Assembly (NCBI GenBank): GCA_965645245.1
Contig: OZ287079.1
Coordinates: 434,001-498,000 of the forward strand
Length of the DNA stretch: 64,000 bases
Source of the DNA: Massalongia carnosa
Lineage: Eukaryota
Direction: 5' to 3'
This document shows positions 48,255 to 61,137 of this stretch, in pieces. Numbering within the stretch: the first letter of the stretch is position 1; every line of letters begins with the position of its first letter. The notes below the pieces were generated by a model. It ran no database searches, was not told where the DNA came from, and saw only the letters and a list, made by a program, of their open reading frames with translations. The position numbers were made by a program, and so were the translations under genes.

Positions 48255-51200
48255 CGAGGTGCTTAGGGACAGTCCCCCCCGACCGTCCCCCCCCCCCCCC
48301 CTTTGTGTAAATCTTTACTAGTAAACAGCCATTTTACTAATCATCCAGGGTGCGTACAAGCTAGCAGTTACACTACGTATTAATAATGTTGCTGTTACTG
48401 ACTAAGTGTATTCGATGACTTCAACTCCAAAAATTCGTCAGCCAATTGCGATACATCCTCTTTTCTAGGCTTCATAGTTTTAGCCACCTTTCTCATCGCC
48501 GTTTCCTTTCTCGCTTGAGCCCTAGCCTGTTTGACTGATTTCTCGACTCTTTGCTGAGATTCCAACTCCAACTGAGCCTTTGATTTCTTCGCCACACCCC
48601 GAGACCTTCGCGTTGTTGCAGAAGAAGTAGGGAGAATTTGACTGGCGCGCACGTTTTCGCTAAGACTATAAAGAGATGGAGCCGGCGCTGCCTGAGGTAG
48701 GGCTTTTTGACTATGCTTGGCAAGCACATCGTCAATATCTTCGAGCGAATCCGACGAGGCTTCTGATGTAAGAATAATATCATTTTCGTCATCCGAAGGA
48801 AGCATAGGATCCATAGAACGACCGAGAATGGGCTGAGTGCTTATATACTGCATCTCGTCATCGTCGTCGGAGACGATAGACGCGTTTTCGATTCTCTCCA
48901 TAACTAAGTTTTCTCCTAAACCTATTGTACAATGTACCCAATATTAGCCGACCCGAGCGCAATAACTTTGCAACATCGTGAATTTTACCTTCTGTTTCAC
49001 CTTCAACCTCATCGTCGCCCCCAGCACGCAATCTATTATATCTAAGCCTCCTCCCTTGTTCAATAGAGTCCCTTCGCCTAGTACGTCGCTGTTCAGTTTC
49101 TCTAGCCTCAGCTGCCTCGCGACCAGTGTAGGCACGTCGACGACTCCCTTCTTTCTTATACATGAGGTTTCCTTTGGGCCGAATTTCGTCGGGGAATGTG
49201 GTGGGGATGAGAGGTCTTACCAGCTCCTTCTTTTGCCATTTCTTATTAAACTTTTCAACGATGTGAGCATGCTCGCGAGCGTACTCCTCCCTTCGATGAG
49301 AGTCTTCTATTGATTGATGCAGGTCAATAGATTGATATGCCATAGAATGTAGCAAATCAAGGCCCCCGCGGCGAAATCTATCCTCACTCAACACGCCTTC
49401 TTCGAGCTCGACCTCATCCTTATCCGCCTCAATCTCTCCCGTCCCTTCGACCTCATCGACGATCTTTTCGACCTCGGGCTCCGAGCCGCGAGCGAGATCG
49501 AAGGTCATTTGCCAAGAGACCGCATAAGGTGGGCCATCAAAAAACCAGCGGGGGTGGATGAGGGAAACAGGAATAGGGACCGAGTCGATGATGCATTTAT
49601 ACAACCAGCATTTGCATGGGAGACTGTACCTTAAAGGCAACTCACAATCATAAACACAGCTTCCACCATCAGGGACAATAGAAAGGATTCGTTCAGCTAA
49701 TGATTTGGCGGCATCGAGTTCTCTTGAAACGAGGCCAATGGCATGATGCGTAATTTTCCCAATGAGTAACGTAAAAGCATTTCTATCGATCAATCTAGGA
49801 TTGGGTATTCGCTGTTGATTGCACAAAATCTCCTGATCTAATTGTTTTTCCCGCACCTCATCACATATTTTCTGCACCGATTGTCTTATAGGAGTATTTC
49901 TATTGGTCACATTTTTAACCAATGAATGTAGACCTTCTGAACGCTGTGTGCTGTGTGCGCCTAAATTAGGGAGTTTAGTAGTATATGCATGCACGAATTG
50001 AGTTTCTTGACGTTGATAGAAATTCATGAGATAATCCTGCGAAAGAGGTAGCGTTAGCAGTAGCCCTAACTCGCTTGAAATTTAATTTGATATATCACTA
50101 CTAACATTTTTTGCGGGATGAAGTTCATTCAGCAACTTTCTTCGTCTCTCATCCAACTCATCAATAGTGAGGGATTTTATATAATCCCAAATCAGAGTCT
50201 CCAGCTTTTTGCGCACTTCTTGGGGATATTTTCCTGCCTTGATCAGTCGTTTTTTTATTGCCTCGGCCGCATGCCACGTGCACAGCTGCAAAACGCATCT
50301 CTCCTCGCCCGCTTTTATCGTTGATTGGTTTAGATTTTCGGCGACCTCTCTTGCAATGGTCAATGCAGCATCGAGATCAATTGCCGGAGCTTTAGCTTTT
50401 CTTTGCATGGCTACAGTCAACCCAGCTGCAAAATCCCCGAGAATCACCCCAGGCCCGGGGCAATCATCATGAAAAATCAACTCTTTCATACATTCGAAAA
50501 TAAAAGTGAAACATTCGGCCGATTCGGAAGTTATATAGCAATAAGCGACGGGAAACGAAAGGTCGGTGTTAGTGATTCCAACCAAAACGGATAAAGGCAA
50601 GTTCAATTTATTAGTATTGAACGTTGCGTCCGTTTCTAATAAAAACCCACCCACGAAACGTCGAGCCAGCCTAATTTGCTCTGCATTGCAAAAAAAAAAT
50701 TGTTCTATCACCCGTCTCTCACGCACATTATTCTTAACAATATATTTTTCCTTACACCGTACATGAAAGCCCCTGTCTTTCAACGAGCCCAAGGCAAAAA
50801 GAAGCTCTTCTTCAGGCGTGTGAGCTCCCTCCGAATGAGCGAGATTATAATAATCGCTCCTCGACAGACGGAGTCCTTGGATTCCTAATATTCTCGCTGC
50901 TTGGCCATATTGGGTTGACGATGCACGGAGACTCTTCCCTTGATCTAGGGCATCTGTTCGATCAGGGTCCCTACTATGATGTTCTCTGATTGCAAAGGGA
51001 TCAGTGGCCATCTCATGATTGTGCTCGGAGTTAGTGACTATTAGTCTCCATGCATTGTCTTTGTTTTTTTTGAGACGGAGGCGATAAGGGCACTCATTGA
51101 ACGAAACTTTGGTATTGGCTCGCACCCGGTCTTCCTCCTCTACTTTTCTGGTGTTTCTAACTCTTTTGTGGTGGCGTGTGCAGTCTAATACGATTAAATG

Positions 51201-51735
51201 GTTTTTCTTGTCGTGAGTTTCTGTAACCAACGCGAAGCCTTGGGTGAAGGCATAGTCTTGAAGACGAGTCTTTGCCTCCTCCCAAGACGAAAATAACTCA
51301 TTCTCTTGCGGAGGGAGGAGGTGAGGTGGGGGTAGAAGGGCAATGGCATGTTGCTTCCGTGCATCCAAAGAAGTGGGATCGAACTCCATCGCGATGAGGA
51401 GTAGTAAAATATATAATATGAGGTATAGCATAAGTGGAAGGGGAGATTTAGGGCAAAGGGTTAGGATAAGGGCAAGGGCAAATGGTAAGTGAGGGTGAGG
51501 GTGAGGGTGAGGGTGGGGGTGAGGGTATGCTTTATCAGACCGAGTAGGGTAATTATTAGTAGCAATAACACGTCATACGATTTAAACCGAAAAGAGTTTA
51601 ATGTGCTGTTGGCAGTTACATTACTAGCTTGTACGCACCCTGGATAAGCAGTGAAATGGCTGTTTACTAGCAAAGATTTACACAGGGGGGGGGGGGGGGG
51701 GGACGGTCGGGGGGGGACTGTCCCTAAGCACCTCG
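48255..51735 (-). mobile_element. Mutator-like element (MULE) 2
   Basis: ~110-bp TIRs CGAGGTGCTTAGGGACAGTCCCCCC... with poly-C/poly-G runs; perfect 9-bp TSD ATTTTGCTC (48246-48254 / 51736-51744). Confidence 0.95.
48395..51389 (-). pseudogene. MULE transposase (frameshift near 50110)
   Basis: FAR1-like CTRH...CPY...HNH, ETDATFNTN, LGDFAAG, LCTWHA, STQRSEGLH, YSLPCKC, IHPRW. Confidence 0.88.
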
Positions 51736-51996
51736 ATTTTGCTCGTTTGGCCTCAGGATTTTTATTTATGTAGCCGATGACCTTTTGAATTCGAGTTCCA
51801 ATTTCCTCGTATTTAGAAGGCATGATGAGGAGAATGAAAATTTAGGAAGATGATTGATCAAAAAAAATTTGATTTTCGGTTACATGGGTGAACGGCACTC
51901 GTTCCTTCGGAACAAGTGCCCGCCAAGGCGGCACGGATATCTTCCCGGCTTTCGAATGTCGAAACTTACATACTGAGAGTGATTGTATTTTTGAGT

Positions 51997-53176
51997 ATGG
52001 ACACGGTACATCAAAATGGTTCGGTCCCTCATATCGGAGCCGTCATCGACATCGGTGGTAGCAATGTCGAAATTCTCAAGCACATGCTCGAGGAGAGTCT
52101 CCTGGGGAAGAACAACCAACAACAACCCTTGCTGCCTTCAGCAATCATGAGCGACGACGTTGGCTTGCAAATATGGAGTGAAATTACTCACGCTCCCGAG
52201 TATTATCAGACAAGAGTCGAAATTGACCTCTTGAAGCAACACGGAGCGGAAATTGCTCAGAACATACCATCTGGCTGTACTGTGATTGATCTTGGCAGTG
52301 GGTGAGTTATATATCCCCTTCAATTTGGGAAACGGTATCGAGAAAAGAACGACCTCAATCTAATTTTCTTCCTCAGAGATCTTCGTAAAGTAAACCCACT
52401 TTTAGACGCAATTGAAGCAGCGCAAAAGAAAGTAGAGTATTTCGCGCTGGACCTTTCCAAAGAGTCGCTGGAATGCGGCATGAAATTGCTGACGCCGACG
52501 TACAATTTCGTGCGCTGCTCAGGGCTGTGGGGCCGCTTTGAGGATGGCATGACATGGTCAAAAGGGGTCAAGGGCCCAAAGTGGTTCTTATCACTTGGAT
52601 CAATCTTTGGAAATGCTCCTTTCGATGACGCGGTCGCAGGTTTGTCAAAATGGGCTAGGGTCATGCGACTAGAAGATCGGATGCTACTTGCTATGGATGC
52701 GCATACAGACCCAAAAGCCATTTGGAACTCATATCACGATTCACAAGGCCTTTACGAACGCTTTATTCGGAATGGATTGGCCCGGTCGAATGAAATTCTT
52801 GGTCATTCTTGGTATCGAGATGTGGATTGGGAGGTTAATGGACGTCTTCAGGAAGTGCCGCTGATGCATCGAACCGTTGTGACCGCTGTAGGTGACGTTG
52901 CCTGTGACCCATTGGGAATGCGTTTCGCAGCCGGGGATGAGATTCATTGTGATGGAGCCTATAAATACGGCCCAGCGATAATGCACCAAATATTTGCCAG
53001 TGCTGGTCTGAGAGAAATAGCACAGTGGAAAGCGCCCTTTTCGCCAATTTGTAAGGCATCAATCCCCACAATTTTGAAAAAAGATGTATATCTGGTGTTT
53101 ACATTTCATAGACGAATATCTGCTCGCCCTAGACTCGAATGCAGCCTCAAAATCGACGAATGGTTCGACAACTTGA
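51997..53176 (+). CDS. EgtD/EasF-like SAM-dependent amino-acid N-methyltransferase (stand-alone)
   Basis: PEYYQTRVEIDLL, VIDLGSG|DLRKV, YFALDLS, LSLGSIFGN, YHDSQG, YKYG. Introns ~52303-52377 and ~53051-53110. Confidence 0.8.
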
Positions 53177-56100
53177 TATTCAGGCCAAAATCATTGGGTG
53201 CGGCTGACTGCGGCTTTTTTCTTGAAAAAAAAAACCATGTCGTAATTGGGGGGATAACTCGTCACCAATGACGGATAAAATGAATTCAAAGTATATTGAA
53301 TTCGTTCAAAATATGAAGTAAGCTTACGCGACCCCTAATCGGTAAAAATTTACGGAATTGGAGAAAGGTCTGCCGTCCTTAAGCCCCCTTGCCCCTTTCC
53401 CCCTTTCTACCTCCCCCCGTTTCTGTATGACTATGGAAAGTCTAATGAATGTGGGTGCTTTTTACGGCTTGCAATAGGCAGTTGTGGATTATAGATAGTA
53501 TCGATGATGGATATTTAGATTGCTATCTAAGAATCTATGGAAGTGTATGGGGGATACTTATAGTGAGGGAGGACAGTATGTCAATAGTCTTGTCTCTATT
53601 GTTGTAGGCCATTTCATACAGGTAAAGTGATGGGAATAGACAACACCCGGACCACTTTCCCACATAGTATTCCCGCATGGTGTTGAGTGCATAGTGTTTG
53701 AATACTATGAATAATCAATGGGCAGACAGTTTCCAAGGGTTTTTGGGAGGGGGAGAGGGAAGAAGGGGGGTTTTCAGCTATTCAATATTCACTCGTGCCG
53801 GGATACTACCACATTGCCTCTGCAATCATTAGCTTCCTTTAATGAAACATTTCTTGAGGTTTCGCCATTCGTAACTTATATTGTCTGGTCGTGAGTGCCC
53901 GCCGATATAATTGCGAAGAGGAGCTGCAAGTCCAAGCAATACAATAATGTCAAAGATATGGCCTTTTTTGAGACTGAGTGCAATGTCCCAAAAATCTAGA
54001 AAGCGCATAGAACCTTATGATATGAGACTATGCTAATAGATGTAAGAGAATTTGAAAGGCACATCAAAATGTGCGCTACCCGAAAGACCACATGTAGCAT
54101 CGAGTATGATTCCTGCCGGGTCATGCAAACACCTCTGACCGAGCTCGAGACTACGAGAAAAACTGGATCATGGACTCTTACAGCCTTTTGAAACGATGAA
54201 CCGCCCTATGTGTTTGACTGGGGACAAAGGCTCCGCAGAGTGCTACACCCACTGAGCCCCCTTTGAGAACTTCCCACCGGCTAGTTCTGAAGGACAATTT
54301 CCCACCGATCACGGGAGAACGACAGACACGGCGGGATTGGGACCGAGACTGCTTGCATCATGACCTTATGACACTATATGATTTGGGTCGGGGCCAGTGT
54401 AAAAAGTTTAGTCTCGGATCTTCATTGCAGGTTTCTTTGCATACCATAAAAAGATGCTGGTGACAGAGAGGGCTTGGAGGAAGCGGGAAAAAGGCTGGTG
54501 CGAGCGAAGATTTGCTGGCGCTAAGTTTTTCCAACTGCTCTCACGTGTTTAGTCTTCCTTGCAGCGAAAGAGATTCATTTTACATTGGATGAAGATTTAG
54601 CCCATAGCCTACTACGAGATTGGCTTCAACTTCAAGACGTCCTTTCGCTGGGCCATACTGCGGGAGTTTTATCGACCACTGAGGTCATTTAATTAATATA
54701 TAATGATAGATGTAAATGATGAAATCGATGAAGATAACAATAAGAGAGATAGATCGGTAGGCAGGTCAGCAGGCAGGTCAGCAGTGTGAGGGCCCTTCTG
54801 ATTGGTTCTCTTTGATTGATTCTAATAGGTTCGCTATTTAAAATCTCCAGACGAAGTCTATATCTGCTGAATCTATATTGCCTCAGTACCTCAGACGTGC
54901 GTGGCTCTATGAGCCGGCTAAGCCCCTCCGGGTTAGCCTATTTTCGCTAAGCCCCTTCGGGTTAGCGGCCCTTTAGCTGACTACGCATGCTACGGGCGGC
55001 ACGTCTGAGCGCAAAACTCTGTATTTTTGTCAGATCCGGCTTATTTTGGTGCGCGCTCATACAAATTTTTGGCTTAACCTCAAAAATCATCAAGAATCAA
55101 GTTTGTTACGGTTCAACTAGGATGTAATTGGCTATCAACTAGGAAGCTATGAAACTGAAAATATCAAAGATGCAGAAAAGAAACAAGCAAAGGAAGTCCC
55201 CTCTAGGAGTCTATATACATAATTGCTTGCCTCAACACAGCTGTTTGTCTACTTCCTTCGGAAGTGTTCAGTTTGACCAAACAGTGTCTTCTACCTTTGA
55301 TTCTTTCGTCCATCTGTTTGCTTCGGAAGTGTTCTTCCGAAGTGTCCCTTTCATGCCTTTGTTGCCTCTACGGTTTGTCCCTATCCGCTTTGTGATAATG
55401 ATCGTTTAGCGCCACGGAGCTTTCGTCCCTTATGACCGCTTAATCTTGGATTAAGTGACGAGAGTGGTTAGCTTGTCGGCAGAAGCCGTATTCTCGTTAG
55501 TTCAATGAACCAGCCAGTGGTCGAATCGTGACAAAGTTGACGGCGGAATCAACAACGCGCAACGACATTTCATAAATTATGTAGTAATAGAAATGATGCT
55601 TTGATATACATTCTATCGATTAATCAATATTTTAATTAACATATCGATGCAGAATTGAGTCGCAATATCGATCTCGCGACGAGGACTCTGTCATGGAGTG
55701 ACTGGACACCTGCCACACTAACCGGCTAGCCGGTCCGAAAGGAACTAAGCTTGATCCGGACCAGTTAGGGCAATGTAGATGTTCCGGCTGTCAATAGTGT
55801 CATGGCGATAGTGTCACTCCAGGGGCTTGGGGGAAATTGGATCAACAGCTGGATTGGGACTAGTTCAGTTCGCCAGAGTCTTATACTCGCCCACGTTGGA
55901 TTTTCTGATTCTTTTCTCCTTGTCGAACGTCTTGTCACCTAACTAGACAATCAAGTAATACGTTTGCACCACCTGAATTCCTACCTGACCTCGCACCGTG
56001 ACAGACTCGACTTTGACTCGAAATTTCGACACCACCACAGCAGACTCAACGGGTCACTAGCTCCAGTTTTTCATTGTCGGCGCTTCTGATCATTAATCTG

Positions 56101-56223
56101 ATCCTCCGAGCGTTGTTTTCAAAAGCCTAAAATCGTTGAATGTGATGAACTTGCTTGATGTGCGTTTTGCGGGCTAAGAATCCAACTCGCGAATCGTCGA
56201 ATATCGCTCGCGAACACATCGAA

Positions 56224-58402
56224 ATGGACGATCCTATAGCGTCGATAACTCGCGAGCAGGTGACGACCGTGATTTTAAGTAAATTCGGCTTTTCACCAAA
56301 GAATAAGCAAGTTGACGCTATCATGACTTTGGCACAAGATCAAAAGGATCTGATATTTATCGCCAAGACTGGATTTGGAAAGAGTATTATCTTTCAAGCT
56401 ATGCCATTAATGTTCTCTTGTCTTAAGATCGCTTTAATTATCATGCCTCTCAAGACCTTAGAAGCTCAACAGTGCAAGAAATTGAGCGTTATCGAGGGAT
56501 GCAAGCCTTTCGTGTTGGACGGTGATAGTAATAATTCTTCTAATTTAAAGTTAATTCGTGAAAACAATTATACGCATGGTGTGTATTCAAATTATGATTG
56601 AGATAAATATAAAAACTTACTCGTTAATATGAATAGTTTTTACTAGCCCAGAGATAGGGACGTCAAAGCTGTTTAATCAGGAGGTTCTGAGGCATCCAAG
56701 TTTCTTCTTGAATTTATGTCTTTTAGCTCTTGATGAGATGCATCTTGTATCCGAATGGCGAGATTTCCGGCTCGAATACTTCAATCTCGGTGTGCTTCGT
56801 ACACGATTACCAGATGGTATTCCTTTTCTGGGTGCATCTGCAACGCTGGATCCAAGAACCCTAGAGAGCGTTAAAGATCGCTGTGGCTTTGATAACGAAA
56901 GTACTGTTATTCAAACAGCGCTTGATCGTCCAGAGATATACATACAGACAAGCAGTCTACAGCGGCCTATGAACAGCATGATCGATCTTCAACATCTTTT
57001 ACCAACACGGGCTGAGAGTCCTTTTGATATTCCGAAAACGATTATCTTCATGGATTCAATTTCATCTATCAAAAAGGCGTGTGCGCTAATGAAAGTATGG
57101 ATGAATCAATTGTCCTATCCAATTGAGGCCGCTAGTTGGGTCGCGCCTTTCTTTTCCGACATGGCCACCCAAGACAAAGAAAGAATTGCGGCTCGCTTCG
57201 AAATGCCCTCGAATCAATGTAAATTTCCTCGAATCCTGATCGCAACGGATGCATACGGGCTTGGTATTGATAATCCGGACGTTATGAGAGTTACGCAATG
57301 GCTGCTACCCTCGTCAATGGCGAAGCTATATCAACGTTTAGGTCGTGCTTTGCGTTGCGGTCGAGGACAGGCGCATTTTACTCTTTTGCATCCTTCTTGG
57401 TGCATGGGTCCAAGAAGCGGATCAAAAATGGACGAACAGGACGGATCTGATGACGCGAGAATCGAGATTGAATCCAAGGCTAGTAAACGCTGCATCAATC
57501 AAAAGGATGCTGATCGGCGACGAGATATGCCACCGGGTCTTTGGGAGATAATCAATGTGCCTTCAGATGGTTGCGTTCGAGGTATTGGCTTGAATTTCTT
57601 CAATGATAAAGTGTATCCAACGTCGGCCTATGTTAAGCCGCAACCTTGCTGTTCAATTTGCGATCCAAGTTTTCAGACATCAACAGCCGCCAATGAGATG
57701 TTAAATAGAACGGCCGAGCGTGACTCGTCTAGGCGGCCTTGGTTCACTCTTAAACTTCGAGAATGGAGGGAGGCCAAGGCGCAGGAAAAGTTCCCAAATT
57801 CACATATGCGATATTTCCCATCATTGATAATGCCCGATGAGGTACTGAATTCTTTGACCACTTGGGCGGATCAGATTGTGGACGAGCCCACCATGCGGCG
57901 ATGGATTGGTAACAAATGGGCTGGTATTAGGCCCTACGGCGCCGAGCTTTTAGAAATTTTAAAGCGGGGTCAAGCGATGAGATTAGACGAGGGAGACATG
58001 TTCGAGGAATGGAAACGACACAACGACATAAAGCGAAAACGATTACCCAGCCTAACATGCAACTCCGCCAGTATTGAATTTGAGGAACGGAGGAAAAACT
58101 GGATGATCAAACAAGGATATATGTCGAGAAAGGGTTTTAAAAAGCGAAATGCGGTCAAGAAGAAAGTCTCGAAGGAAAGCGAGAGCACGGAGCCATCGGG
58201 CGAGAATCCTGCGCCTAATCACAATATCTCCGATGCGGCGCTCGTTGTTGACAATGTCGATGCTCTTAAATCATCGATGAAGGCATCAAAGACCAAAAAA
58301 GCGCCTCGAGATCCTATGGAAGCGTTGTCGCTGAATGTACCCATGGCCCTTCCTCCGACACGATCTAGACAAGAAAGAAAGTGCCCCGTCCGCTACCTCT
58401 GA
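56224..58402 (+). CDS. RecQ-like superfamily-2 helicase (transposon-encoded)
   Basis: AKTGFGKS, FTSPE, LDEMH, SATL, ILIATDAYGLGID, YQRLGRALR, Cys cluster CVR...CCSIC, HRDC-like LREWRE. One intron ~56579-56636. Confidence 0.9.
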
Positions 58403-58461
58403 CTCTGTAAAGCCGCGCGGCGCGGATTTACATGACTAGGCTATCTCGTGGTATCGATGAT

Positions 58462-61137
58462 TTAATCAAAAAACATACCGCCGGATATCTCGAGACGGGC
58501 CATTGAAATGACAGGGCTGTCGGGGACCTGCTTTGTTTCATTGACAAAATCGGGCTCGGCTTCATACTTACCCTCAAGGTCGTCTGTTGAAATTTCTTTT
58601 GAAATTTCTTCGGAAAGATACTGCTGATTGTATTTTAATACATTTTCTCCAAGTTTCTTCAATCCCTCAACATAAAGATTAGCTGTTGGATTAGTTGAAA
58701 ATCGATCATAGCTTCTTTTACAGAGTGATTTATGCGCTAGTGCCGTAGCCATGCCCCACACATCCTCCGCGGCCGATTTTGCTGGATGCCTTGAAGAGTT
58801 GACTCTTCCAAAGTAAAACTCAACGATTTCTTTGAGCTTCATAAGATATGGACCGTTGAGTGCCCAGTTCTCGAGCAAGATGTCACTATACTTTGAAAAA
58901 TAAGATCGCTCGTGTTGGAACGTCTTGAGGTTATTGTTTAGTATCCCTAAAAGCCGATCAGTCTCAAAACTCGACTCTTCGTCACCGCGTATATTGACAA
59001 GACTATTCATTAAAATACTTTCCTGTAGCCTTATCGCTGCGGAAGAATCAATCGCATGAAGGGTGTATAGAAGAGCTTGCGCATAGTTCGGGGTGCCAGC
59101 TACGCTTGCCTGAAAGATCACTGTTGCGTGGCGCAATGCGTGACGAAGTAGTCCAATATCCGCATATTTGATTGCGTATCGAAGTGTTAGATACGATTCA
59201 ACGTGATCACAGAAGTTCTGATGATTCTGAAATTGTTGATCAAGCGTTGGAGGAAGCATATCTATTGACGTTGAGGGTAATTCCGCGTGAAGTTTGCGAG
59301 ATATCCTGCCCAACATATTCATCCAAGTGCCATCCTGCTCGCAAGTCTGCGCTGTGAGCCACGAAATAGTTGCTTCGATTCGCTGCGGAGCATATCCATC
59401 CTTTCGTAAAAACCTAATCCACGTCCCAACGATTCTAGCTTGATAGCTCTGAATAATCAGATCCTCTAAGGCCTGGAAATCGTTCGGCTGCACGACACGA
59501 GCGCGACCCCACCGATCGGCGGCATATTGAAGAGTCGAAGGATCAACCGGCTGGGCCTCTCCCTAATGTATTTTATGAATAAGCTGCAGCATGTTAAAGC
59601 GAAGATGCCATAACCCTAATCCCGGTAAAATCCAGTCAAACCGATCGAAAGATTGCTCCGATATCCCACGACGTAATTCCTTGACAGATTGCATTCTCGA
59701 CCATGTCTTGAGGTCACCATAGATAAGCCGAATGACGCTTGCAAACGTCGAGTCATCCTCCTTGAACTTGAACTGTCGCACAAATATATCCTCCAATATT
59801 TGAATATTATTAGATGTTGTACTCTCATCCTTCATGGCTAGTTTGATAGGAATATAATTGGTCTTGTATTTTTTCATCTTATTCAGCACGGGCATTGCAG
59901 TCGACCAGGGAAGTTGAACGTCGCCGATCTCTGGGCCATAAAGCGCTCGAATCGCTGACTCTAGATGATGAAGACGAATCTAGGTACGCGGTGCATTAGC
60001 GGTTGAGCGCGGTATATACATCTCGTCCTGTATTGAACTCACCTGCATCTCGAGATCACCAGTCTCCAGCTTTCGCGCGATTCTTTCAGCTGATAAAAGA
60101 TGCGTGGCGGGGCGCCACATATCCTGCCTCAAAGCGCCGGCATCGAATCCTTGCCCCTGGAAAATTAGAGCGGTAGTGATTGATCTGACGTCTCTATTAT
60201 CCCCCGTGCGCTCTCCTCGTTTACCTTCTGCGAAGTCAAAGTTATCGTATGTCAAGATCATGTTTGAGCCTTGTCCTAGCATCTGAATCTTTCGTTCGGC
60301 CTCCTTAATCAAGGATAACATGCGCCGCTGCAGGGTAGTATATGACATCGTCAGGTCAAAATGACAGAGTGTATCTAGAACTTGCCGCCTCGCCCCACCT
60401 TGATAAATATAAAGGCCTAAGACGGACTGAATATTAGTCGCCTTATTTGGTCGCAATTTGTGACAAAGCATTGCCAATATAATGGTGTGCCGGCCGCTGG
60501 GAGAATCCAACGTCACATCGAGAGGTTCCTGCGGGCGAGCCTCGCGACAAACACTATCAATTAGCTCAAGCCATCGTGGCGCCAACTGCTTGGCGGCAGA
60601 TGCAGCAAGTTTAATAGCCTCCAAGGTCCCAAACTCGACTGTCGCAGATGGCGGCTGGAAAGGGCCAAAGGCTGCGTGATCTGCCAAAGCTTTGATTTCT
60701 TCACGAAGCGCATCCGCGGCCCAAACCCATCCTCTCTCGCGAAGGATAGTGGATATTCTACCAGGCCCAATGAGGCTTGAAAAGTCTTCTTGCCGCACAA
60801 TATCGACATAGACAAAATCGAAGAGCTGGCCTTGCGCCTTTCGCATACTATGACGGGCTCGATTCTTACAAAGTATTGATAAAAAATCTTTTACCGACCA
60901 ATTTAGAGAGCTCAGAAATTTAAGCACCTCAACCAGCTTGTCGTAATCTGATATGGGCCGGCGGTGGCGTTTCGCGCCTCCATTTTTTTCAGGTAAGGCA
61001 GGAGGGGAGGAGGAAGAGGGTGAGCTATCATTACTGCCTGACGGCGATGGGTGGGGCCGCTTGAGCGCACCGGCGGGAGTCAAGGGACTTGTCCGTAGGT
61101 CGGTAAGTGGCGAGGAGGGGCCCCCGACAAGAGCCAT
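58462..61137 (-). pseudogene. Academ/DUF6589-type transposase with one in-frame TAG
   Basis: HFDLTMSY, TYDNFD, IYGDLKT, GLWHLRFN, LRYAIKYADIG, NSLVN..G..FETDRLL. Intron ~59980-60041; TAG at 59563-59565. Confidence 0.75.

Larger units (their letters stand above)
48010..51823 (-). pseudogene. pogo/Fot1-like transposase N-terminal remnant split by MULE 2
   Basis: MPSKYEEIGTRIQKVIGYINKNPEAKRAK joins across the TSD to LACEFDVPLQRLR...RLSPDQDLVLTLYIRRM (psq/CENP-B HTH-like). Truncated at the LTR. Confidence 0.65.

Noticed and set aside
53380..53775. Polypyrimidine and polypurine tracts suggesting MITE TIRs
   Set aside because: Only low-complexity complementarity, with no alignable termini or TSD.
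56224..58402. Host Sgs1/RecQ or telomere-linked helicase
   Set aside because: Enclosed by TIRs with a transposase partner; lacks the long Sgs1 N-terminus; no telomere repeats nearby.
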